Of a stretch of DNA of 64,000 bases, positions 13,202 through 23,300 are shown one piece after another; positions within the stretch are counted from its first letter, which is position 1; the number at the start of each line of letters is the position of its first letter. The notes beneath the pieces were generated by a model. The model searched no databases and was not told where the DNA came from. It was given only the letters and a program-made list of their open reading frames with translations. This DNA is from Takakia lepidozioides (Eukaryota > Plantae > Bryophyta). Location of the stretch: the NCBI GenBank assembly GCA_030704615.1, contig CM060732.1, positions 56,916,001 through 56,980,000 on the forward strand. Direction: 5' to 3'. The position numbers and the translations under genes are program-made.

Positions 13202-13639
13202 TGTAACAAGGTAGAATCTAGAAGGTTCTAGATGGAGGAGGAAAGTTCCCTAGAAGTTTCCAGAATAACTAGGAAGGATCCTAAGAAGTTTGACGTAAGG
13301 AAGTTTGACTTGAGGCTCTCAAGTCAAACCTCTAAGATATTCATATTATGGAGAGTAGGTCAAATCTTTGATAAAGTCATATTGTAGAGAATATGTCAAA
13401 CCTATGAAGGTTGACTTTAGCAAGTATATTTGATAAAGTCGTATTGTGGAGAATATGTCAAACCTAGGAAGGTTGACTTTATGAAGCTTTGACTTGAGGC
13501 TCTCAAGTCAAAACCTTTAAAATAATCATATTGTGAAGGGTATATAAACCTGCAATGAAAGCCTAGAAGGCATCGAGTTGTTTTGGGAAAAAGTTGAAAA
13601 GTACTTCTATTCTAGTTTGTGTAGATCCTGGGTGTTACA
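13202..13639 (+). repeat. 3' LTR of chromovirus B
   Basis: Direct repeat of 7578-8015, preceded by a polypurine tract. Confidence 0.95.
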
Positions 13640-13644
13640 AGTGG

Positions 13645-16600
13645 CTAAGGTTTTTGAAGAGGTTGAGAATGTTTCTTGCTCAAATGATGTTCTTAAGGTG
13701 GCTATGTCGGAGCAAGTGGAGGTTACGCCACAGTCAGGGTGGGCGGACAAGGCCCAAGTGGTTGCTATCTAGCAACCAAAGGATGCGTCTCCTACCTCCA
13801 AGCCCGTTGTACCCAAGGTTGTAGTCACTGAGGACAATTGGGAACCATCTGTTGGACCTACAGTCACCGGAGGAGAGAGACGGAGGATCCAGCAATTTCT
13901 AAGGGCTTATAGAAATTGCTTTGCCTTCGGTTTGAAGGATTTGGGCAGTTTGAAGGGCCAGGAGATTCGTATTGATTTGGCAAGTGATACGCCAATTTTC
14001 GAAGGCCTTATAGGTATAGTGACATGAAGAGGTCTTTGATCCAGTCACGGACTGTTCGAAGCTGGATTGATGGAGTTATCAGGCGGGGAGTATGCCTCGG
14101 CAACAGTGATGTCAGCTAAGAATGATATCTATGGCAACTGGACAGAAAAAAGGATGTGTGGGGACTATCGTCCTATGAACCATCAAACTAAGTCCGATAG
14201 ATATGCCATGCCAATTCCAGAGGAAATCTTTGATGTCATTGGGCATGCACAGTTGCCAATCATTAGACTTACGATCGGGTTATCACCAGTTGCCAATCAA
14301 AGAGGCTGACAAGCAAAAGACGATATTCTGGGGGATTGACCAGCATGGGAAGGATTGTTTGTACCAATGGCGCTTCCTACCATTTGGGTTGAATAATGCT
14401 CCTGCAGAGTTTCAGAGGGTTATGGATAGGATTCTTGCAGGGCTAGACTTCGTCCGGTGCTACATTGATGATATCATCATATTTAGTGCCACGGTTGAGA
14501 AGCATGAGAGACACCTTCAAGTGATGTTTGAGCATTTGAGGACGTATGGATTGAAACTGCACCTTGGAAAGTGCAAGTTCTTCCACGATTAGACTGAGTA
14601 TCTGGGCCACATGATATACCCTGGAGGATTGGGTGTTCAACAGACAAAAGTGGAGGCCATTGCATGCATTCTACGCCCCATAGATGTAAGCAGAGTTCGT
14701 GCTTTCATGGGGTTGGCAAACTACTATCGACGGTTTGTCAAAGGATTTAGTAGCATTGCAAAGGTTCTTATCAATTTGACCAAGGTGGGTCAGGAGTGGC
14801 AGTGGGAGGATGAGCAGGAAGAAGCCTTTGAGGAACTCAAGGCTCGATTGACTTCTACGCCTATTCGGGGGCGGCCTTTCCAGCCGCATACGGATTGGAG
14901 TATGCTGGGGATTGGAGCAGTGCTCATACATGTGGATGATGATGGAAGAGAGTTCGTAGTGGCATATGCTAATTGCTCAAACAATGATGCCGAAGTGAAG
15001 TATAGTTCCTATGAAGCAGTATGGGCAATGACACATTTTAGATGCTACCTCTATGGCAATCTCTTCACCCTTGTCATGGATCACCAACCATTGAAGTGGT
15101 TGATGGAGTCAGATAAGCTTACAGAGGGGCTTGCACGGTGGACACTTATGCTTCAAGAGTACGACTTCCAGGTGGTGTATCGAGCCGGAATAGTCAACCG
15201 GGATGCGGATGGATTGATGATACATGAGCTCATTGGCATGGTGAGACGGATGAGGAGATAGTGCCAGGATGACACGCATCTGCCTTTTTGTGCATTCTAG
15301 CAATGGGAGCTCAAGCTGGTCCATCCCATGTGATTGGTCATAGAGATAGTGTGCATGACAATCCAGAGATCAGTGATGAGCTTGGTGGTGCTAAGGATGT
15401 ACATGAAGATGCAGTAGTGTTGGCCTACCTTCGTACTGAAGAGACAACAGCCAGTGTGATTGCTAAAGGAGAGAGATCGGATCCTACAACGAGCCAAGAG
15501 GTTCAAGTGGGAAGGACTCACCTACTCCGAGTATGGGAGGATGGACGAGTGATGATTGTGCCTCATCCAACACAACGAGCGCGATTGGTACGCCATGCCC
15601 ATGAGGAGTTGAGACATTTTGGATTGTGGCGCACTTATAGTTTGCTGCAATGACAGTATTGGTGGCGGGGCATGCACACGGATGTGCAACAGTTAGTGAC
15701 AAGGTGCATGGTGTATGATAGAATGTGGGCTTCTTTCAATGCACCTACTCCACAATTGCATTCTTTACCCATTATAGGTTTGGGCTATCGTTGGAGTCTT
15801 GACTTCGCAGGCCCATTGCCACTAACGATTTGCCATAACAAGTATGTGTTGGTGATGGTGGAACATTTCTCCAAGTGGATTGAACTGGTGGCATTGCCTG
15901 ACAAGGCAAATGAGGGGGCTGCGTATGCATTCTTAGATTGAGTGCTTAGCCAATTTGGTGCTCCAGCCGAGGTACTCACGGACCAGGGGAGAGAGTTCTT
16001 GGGGGAGTTTTCAGGCTTTGTGTGAGCAAGCCTTGATAGATCACCGCACTACTTCTTAGGATCATCCCGAGGCTGATGGCTTGGCAGAGAGGGTTGTGCA
16101 AACAGTCAAGCGAGGCTTGCGTAAGTATGGCTTGCAGAAGAGACACTTGGGAGATTGGGACCTTCAGCTACATTGGTTGGCCATGGGCTACAGGTTTAGC
16201 AAGCAAACATCACTTGCCTCGTTCTCGCCTTATTTTCTTTTCTTTGGCCGAGAGCCAGATTTGCCTCCATCTATTCGCAGGGAGACTGCAGTAGTCCTAA
16301 ACCTTGATAATCCGGATGTGTGGACGCAAGCATGTGCCCAGCAGACAGAGTTGTTCAAGAGAGTCATGCCTATGACTTTTGAGAACCTTGCTATTGCCCC
16401 AACACCAAGATACATTGAGGTACACTATACGTGGAGGGGGGTATCGACCAGGTGCTTGACATTTCCATCCTGGGAACTATGTGTATCTACAGCAGACAAC
16501 ACTTACGACCTTGGATGTCACAGAAAATCGTGTGATTCTAAAGGTCCGAGAGGTGTTGCCTTCAGGAGTGTTGATTCTGGAGGGGCGAGATGACATGGTA

Positions 16601-16841
16601 TGGAAGGACCATGTGCGCAATTGTATGTCATGTCACCTTCCACATGTGGATGGGAGATCCCAACCTTGCAGTGGTACCTGCAGGGTTGCGTTGCATGCTA
16701 TGTGGGCATGCTGGTGGTGCCGCGACCATGTTGGTGTGTGATAAATGCTCAAGGGGGTGACACATGGGATGCTTGATACCGTCGCTTGAGGAGGTTCCTA
16801 GTGGAGAATGGTTGTGTCCATGATGCCTTGGACAGAGGTAG
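13645..16841 (+). pseudogene. Copy A: RT-RNaseH-integrase-PHD finger (decayed)
   Basis: MCGDYRP, LDLRSGYHQ, CYIDDIIIF, HTDWS, HEELRHFG, SLDFAGPLP, AERVVQTVK; terminal PHD at 16692-16827. Confidence 0.9.
16692..16827 (+). other. PHD finger (C4HC3) coding segment at the integrase C-terminus
   Basis: CMLCGHAGGAATMLVCDKCSRG*HMGCLIPSLEEVPSGEWLCP*C. Confidence 0.9.
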
Positions 16842-17087
16842 TGGGGCATGATAGTGGCGAGATTGACAAGTGATCGAAGGTCTAGCTAACCGGATTTCAA
16901 TGCCATGGACACCCAATTGAAGCTATGGATTGCAGGAAGGCGAGTAACGATGGGGCTCCTTTTGCACCCGGCCTCTTGATCTATTGACTTCAGATACTGG
17001 GACTTGGGCGATTGATGACCAAACGATGATCTTATTGGGATGGATACTTGTCAGCTATCTGGTGTTAGAGGGACCTAATCATCAGCT

Positions 17088-17097
17088 AGGGGGACGA
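17088..17097 (+). promoter_or_regulatory. Polypurine tract of copy A
   Basis: AGGGGGACGA immediately before repeat segment A1 (T-TGTGGT). Confidence 0.6.
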
Positions 17098-17098
17098 T

Positions 17099-17634
17099 TG
17101 TGGTATAGCTTTCTAGGATTGTGTGTTTTAATTATGTGGTGGACATCGATGTATGTTGTGGCACAATGCTTAGGTGCACGACAGCTGTCATGATTTTAGT
17201 CATGGTTATCTAGAATTACCTACTTCTAGTTAACTATGATATTTTAGACATTTATATTTATATTTTGTGTGTTGGGACTTCATTTGGTCTCACATGCCAA
17301 GTGAGGTGTCGAGCCTCACTTGGGATATGGGGATAGGTTTTCCCCTTGTGAGGATGGAGGAGGCTCATCTTCTTGTAGTTGAGCCTCCATGAGCCTCTCC
17401 CATCTCCATAGCTCTAGGTATTGAGAGGGAGTGTGTTGAGGGCTTTGTAGGGTGGATTCCCTTAGCAAGGGTGCCCTTGGCTTGACTTAGTTTGTGATTG
17501 AGTGGATTCATGAGTGGAGTGTTTCCATTGTGTTCACTTTCATTATCATTGTGGTATAACTTTCTAGGATTGTGTGCTTCGATTGTGTGGTGGACAACGA
17601 TGTATGTTGTGGCACGATGCTTAGGTGCACGACA
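17099..17634 (+). repeat. 3' repeat block of copy A: A1 (17099-17183), GC, B2 (17186-17548), T, A2 (17550-17634)
   Basis: A1 and A2 are 85-bp direct repeats (7 mismatches). B2 repeats 1873-2237. The A1/B2 junction is the palindrome GACAGCTGTC. Confidence 0.9.
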
Positions 17635-17638
17635 ACAT

Positions 17639-18060
17639 GATCGTCCTGAGATCGCCTTGCCAGATTCCAGACTAACGAATAGCCCAAAAGTTGATGAACC
17701 TAATGAGCTCCTAGTGAGCTTGGTGGAGCAACGCGACGCCGGAGTAGCAAGATGAAAGAGAAGAATATCTCTTGGAGGGTGATGCTGCCCAAGATCAAGA
17801 GCCACCTCAGGAATCGGAGCCCAAAGGTACCCGGACCGCCTTCGGACCATCCAATATTCCAATTGTCACTGGAATTTTGGGAAAAATTGTTGGCTCAATT
17901 CGGTGGGACTCTAAATGATGTGGTGAAGGCTGCCAATGCCACTTCCACAACAATAAATTTTAAGGTAAAGCCAAAGGAACCCGACACCTTCGAGGGTATC
18001 AGAAGACGCTCAATATTTGGCTCCTAGAGTTGGAGCAGTATTTCTAGGCAGCTAAGTTGA
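17639..18060 (+). pseudogene. Gag fragment of an older Gypsy element, the apparent target of copy A
   Basis: KVKPKEPDTFEG followed by WL*ELEQYF, resembling the capsid start of chromovirus Gag (compare MPEKFDG in D/E). Confidence 0.55.
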
Positions 18061-18078
18061 GTGACTTGTAGAATAAAG

Positions 18079-18300
18079 TTTGTTTATTTAACATCCAATG
18101 AATTTATAGAGCCTATTGCTCAACAGCCTAGCTCTCATGTAAGTATGACGCCTCCCGAAGGGCTAACTAGTGTCACTTGACCCCGAAGGGCTACTGCCTT
18201 CCAGCAGGAAGGTGGACACCTTCATGACACACTAGACGGTGGTTTGAACCCACAGTCACATCCAACGTGGTATATGCCCATGACCACTCTACATGTTGGG
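18079..18300 (-). mobile_element. tRNA-derived SINE-like element
   Basis: Minus strand: A-box-like TGTAGAGTGG, B box GGTTCAAACC (18241-18250), A-rich tail TAAATAAACAAA. Confidence 0.5.
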
Positions 18301-20341
18301 TTGTCGCTCTCATGTACATAGAGAGAAACTTTGCATCATGTTGAAGTCAACGAAAAAAATATGGTCAAAGGACCATGTGTGGTGCTCAGTCATGCTTCCT
18401 AGGCTTACCTTCCTCTTAGGGCCTTGCCGCTCGCGAGTTCCGGTGACATGGACTTCCGTGGCTAGGACTGTACCATAGTGATGTTATGGAGAGGAGGCCA
18501 AAGTCAGCAAAAACAAAACAACGCTACCACATGAATAACAGTCGGGCACGGGAATAGATAGTTTGAGAAACAAAAATGAATGAGGAGATGAGCTCCTCCG
18601 CGGGAAGGAGCGGACCACGACAAAGAAGTTCCCTAAATTTTCCGATTTCCAGGCAATAGTCCCTAGAAACCTACTGTGGAGAGGCTCCACATGAGCACCA
18701 TGTCACATTGCCCTTTCCTTGCTGATCCTCTTGTGTGGTAGGTGAGGGTGTGAGCTTACGATCCATCAACCAATCACCAGGTTGCGTTTGTTTCCACCGC
18801 CGCTCGTGTGGTAGCGCCTGAATGAGTTTTTAGAAAACAAAACTTACCTTGGTGACCGGAAGATCCGGTAAGACATTTGCCGCGCTTTTGGCTCGCTTTC
18901 GCGCGCTAAGCCGCCACAGGCTAACTTAGCAACGGTGGAGAGGAAGAGAGAACTGGAGTGATGAGTTTGCCAAACGGAGCTGGAGGGAAATGGTGTATCC
19001 AGCTTCTGGTATGACGTACTTGCTTTCAAAGTTGAGGATGTGTGATGGGTTTCGAGTTGTTCTGGAAGCCGGGAACGGGGTTGCTTGGACTGGACCCGGC
19101 TGGTACGAGGTTAGTCGGTTTGATAGTTCAGAAAGTGTGATGGGTTTCAACTTGTTTTGGCAATGGGGAAGTGGGTTTGTGAATTGATGTGGGGCGTTTG
19201 GAGCCGGGTTGAACCTGAAACGCCTCTGATCATCGAAATCACTAATACTGACCTGTGGTTTTCTCTGACTCGGTCTTGGCGTTCATGGGAAGTGCTTCAA
19301 TGCTACTGACTCTTTGTCTTCTCTCGTTTCCTGCCAGAATGCACTGAATGTAGCGCTCCTCGAGTTGATTCTACGTATGGGCTACCCTTACGGCACCGAA
19401 GGTTAGCTGCAAAATGTCGACATTGATAAGATTGAAGAGCGAAGAAGTTCACTTGTTAGTTAGGAACAAAATATAGGAAATGTGAAGCTGGAATTAAATT
19501 ATGGAATGCTTCCTACCTCCGTTTGTATTCTCACTCTTGGACAGCTGTAATGGTTTTGTCCAGTGGGGGACGTGTGTCTCAGTTGTAGAAAAGGAGCTTA
19601 CTGTAACTCTGAACGCTCTAGCCATCTACAGGGCGGATCAATAGGGAATATGGTCTGTTTAGCCAATGTGAAACGTTTCCATTGAACACCATCTCCCAAA
19701 AACTGTTCATTGCTCGAGGAAATCGATTGAACCTGGTTGGCAGTTTGATGCCAGAAAGCAAACATCTCCTTACAAGCTCACCGTAGACATTTTTTTGCCA
19801 GTAAAGCTAACACTTTCTTTAGTGCAACTCTGTCTCTAAAAATTGCATCTGTCTACTGGCAAGCAGGGGATACATAATTATATGCATGTGCATGGCATGC
19901 CTTCCCTTGAATTGAGTGTGGGTCTCAGCGATAGGAGCCACGCCCGGCCTTTCTCCTCGAACCCAATGGAGTGAAGGTCAACAAATAGTATCTGGTAGCT
20001 ATTGATGACATGGCGGCCAGATGCATCTGATGAGAATTGAGGTCTGCCTTGGATCTTCTCACCAATTTGATAGACAAATTAGCTTCCAATATTTGGGCCA
20101 AATAGGTCACTGAAACTCTGTACAGCCTCTGGTATATGAGGACATACTTTGGGACGCTCCCGTGAAGATATTGGCGACATTCTGGGGACCAACCATTAAA
20201 ATCCAGAAAGGTTTCAGCAGAAGGGAAAGTGAGGGAGGAAAAAGCATTGATGGCTACAGCAGAGAAGATTAAACTTCAGGAAATAGGCCATAAACTGAGG
20301 AAGTGAGAAGCACGGTTGATTCTTATGCAAGCACATCAAGG

Positions 20342-23300
20342 ATGGGAAGTAGGGATGAAGAATATTTTGCCAACTGGGTCAAGGGGTTTGATATTCTTAA
20401 TGATGAGCCCAAGTCTGAAGTGAGCAATGAAGGTCTGGTAGTGTCAATGCAAGCGCAGGCAACGTCTCGGACAGTAGAAACTCAACAAAGCAGCTTGGCC
20501 AGCAGTTCAGGGATGGGTGAAGATTTAAAGGAGGGTAGAACGTTCATGACTATGTTGTCTAGCACTGTCAGTGAAATTGAATGTGAAAAGGGTGGTCTGA
20601 GCAACAACAAGAGGCTTAGGGAGTCGGCATGGCCTGTGGATGGGTGTCAGGGTCAAAAGTCAAACATCTCAACTTCAACAGAGAGTGCTGTGCCAGAATC
20701 AGCCATCCTTCCCAAGGTAGGCCCACGGACACAGAGAGAGCTCGCACACAACCCATGGGAGGAATCCCAAGAAGCTGCCAACCAGCAATGGGATTGGATT
20801 GACTTCAGTGACTTCGGTCTTAGCAATGTGTCTCCAGAGGTAGACAAGTCCAGGGGAGATGGTGCTTGGAAGTCAACTACCTTCGACTGGAGCCAGTCCA
20901 GTATGTCTACGCAGCCAAATTCTGTTGTCATGAAGTCTCCATTCAGTGGAGAAGATGAGGGAGAATTTGAACTAGGCGTGATTTCAAATGCATTCTTTCG
21001 AAAAGATATGGTGCTTGACAAGTGTTTATCAAAAGAAGAAGCTGGGTGGGATCTTGCACTGGAGGAATTTTTAGAAGAGGCCTCCCAGCCAGAAAGTTGG
21101 AGGCCAAGCAAAACAACGACATTTCCTTATATGTTTGCTAAAACAGACATGGATGTTAAGGACTCACTATTGAGTGGACAAGAAGAGTGGCAATTGGAAA
21201 TAAGCCCAGGGGAGCTATCTCAGGCAGATATCAGTCAGCCAGGGAAGTCATGTACCACTGAAGTAATAGAGAATTGCCTGCTAGGAACAGCCACCCTTCC
21301 TAATGTGGCCTCAGAGTCGCAGTTGGACCCTAGGTTCTCCTGTAACAGAAAAGAAGATAGGGCCAGTGGGATTAATGCTATGCAACCGACCTTGAACGTG
21401 CGGCCCCACATTGACAAAGTGTTGTTGCATGAGCAAGTGGGGAGTGAGATCAAGAAGAAAATGTGGAAGAGGTCAGAGGATCCCTTGGATAAACACTCCG
21501 GTTATTCATGTACTGACTTGTCTTTTTTCAGCCACATTAGCAACAGGGAGACTGGTTGTGGGAGAAGCAAGAGCAGGGCCTTACTGTTTAGGGATCCCAT
21601 AATCTGCGTTGACAAATCCTTCCGCGAAGTTGCAGAGGATGAGAAAGCATCTGGTGCAAAGAGAGTGGCTGGCAGTGACAAAACCAGTGCAAAGGGAGGG
21701 GTTATTGACCTGACTGGATTGTCGTCTGATAAGGTAGAGGTAATCGATCTTTCGGAGAACTCGTCGAAGGTGTGGGTATGGCCAAAAGCTAAGAAGCACT
21801 GTCCTCAACAAAGTGGCTGGAAAGGTAAATTTTTTGAAACTGTGAAAGGAACACAAGAGAGGGAAAACTTTCAAGTGAGGAGTGCGAACAACTGTGACGA
21901 GGTCAGAGGTGAGGTGATTGATTTGACTAATTCGTTGACTGATGAACTGGAGTTAATCGATCTTTCAGTGTCTTCATCCAGTGAGTTGGAAGGAACGAAA
22001 GATGGCGATGACTTGTTAGATGGTTCTCAGTCTCTGTTCGGCACTGCATCCAAGAAAAGAAAAGCTTATGGTGGCCAAATTGGATTTCAAAGAATTGCGA
22101 AGAAGCTCGGTCCTGCTGTTGAGTGCTCAACTGTTCCCCCTGATTTGGATGGTGATATTTCGGTGGGGAAAGAGATGGAACAGTGTGTTTTGGCTTCCAA
22201 GAGTGATGGTGTGACCACAATCCAGGAGGATCCAAACCAGCGTGTGCCTCTTGAAGACGCCACTTTCGTGCTGAAAGAGAAAAGGAGAAACCTGGGCTTG
22301 GCTGAAACAATGCCTTGTGATATTCTTGACAATGTCACAGAACAGCACATTATCACTACAGGGCTGCCTGAACTGGCTGCAGACCTATCTGATGTGATAC
22401 CAGAGCAATCTGGCACTGCTAACCTGCCTGTGTTTTCTTCACAGCTGCCGGATTCTGCCCTCAAGGACTTCAAAGAGGTAGGGGAACTTTTTCCATGTAT
22501 CTGTGGCACCAGTTCACTTTCTGCTTTCACAGATTCAAGAGAAGTGTTTCACTTTTCAGATGAGGATGGTGGGTTCTCAATGGATGCCAAAGCTGAATCA
22601 GCGATTTCAGCAGCAGAGTCTGATCGAGCTGAAGAAAGCACCAGTTCTGTGGAGCAAATCCAGGAAGAAAAAGCGACCCCTCTGGCAAAATCTCTATCTG
22701 TGGACCCTTCGATGAGAGGGAATGAGAATTTTTCTGGTGGAAGAACACTTGGCACAGAAAAGCCCCCAAAGACAGTCTTTCCAAGGAATGCAGAAGCTGT
22801 CTGCTTCGTGGAGGTAGACAGTACATCGAAGCAAGTTGGCATACTGGCAGCTGGGATGGCAGCTCTTGGTCCTGTATTAATGCCTAAGATATCTGAGTCA
22901 TGTTGCATGAGTACCAGAGCTGAAGAGGCAAAAAGAACATCACAGATAGATGGAGCAGTAGAGAGGCATAGTGCAGAGGAGCGAAAGCAAGCACCAGAGC
23001 CGGAAAGCTTGAATAGTGACATAGAGGATGTAGATGACATTGTGGACAGTGATGGAAGGGTGGACACAGCAGGGGCCCATGAATTGGCACAGACAAATAA
23101 AAGGGATGGGACACATTGCAGGGAAGATACATCACTCTATGCTGGTGAGCCCTCCGACAGGGGATCAAGCGAGCTAGAGAGAGAGATATGTGATTTACTG
23201 GCCATGAAACTGCTCTCTGAAAACCTTGAAGATGACACCCGATATGAGACTGATTACCTATTGGAGGGGCCTGTCAAGTTGCCCTGCAAGCGAAAAGTGA

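Larger units (their letters stand above)
7578..13639 (+). mobile_element. Chromovirus (Ty3/Gypsy) B, full length, nested in copy A between DNMT and RT
   Basis: 438-bp TG..CA LTRs at 7578-8015 and 13202-13639 (about 5 mismatches). PBS TGGTATCAGAGCC. PPT GAAAGAGAGGAGGA. Flanks GATGG/AGTGG (decayed 5-bp TSD). Gag, PR, RT, RH, IN and chromodomain. Confidence 0.95.
1873..17634 (+). mobile_element. Ty3/Gypsy-type retrotransposon copy A carrying DNA cytosine methyltransferase and PHD finger, with split terminal repeats; decayed and interrupted by chromovirus B
   Basis: Starts TGTCATG and ends CACGACA (imperfect inverted termini). 4-bp TSD ACAT at 1869-1872 and 17635-17638. Protease LFDSG, DNMT motifs, RT CYIDD, RNaseH HTDWS, integrase SLDFAGP/DQGREF and C4HC3 PHD in Gypsy order. 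Confidence 0.9.

Noticed and set aside
17186-17634. Reading B2+A2 as an ordinary 449-bp 3' LTR
   Set aside because: The 5' end has only B, with no A after it in either copy, and the PPT precedes A1 rather than B2.
1873-17634. DIRS/PAT tyrosine-recombinase element, suggested by the split repeats and methyltransferase
   Set aside because: It encodes an aspartic protease and DDE integrase, has a TSD, and its MTase is C5-cytosine type. No tyrosine recombinase motifs were seen.
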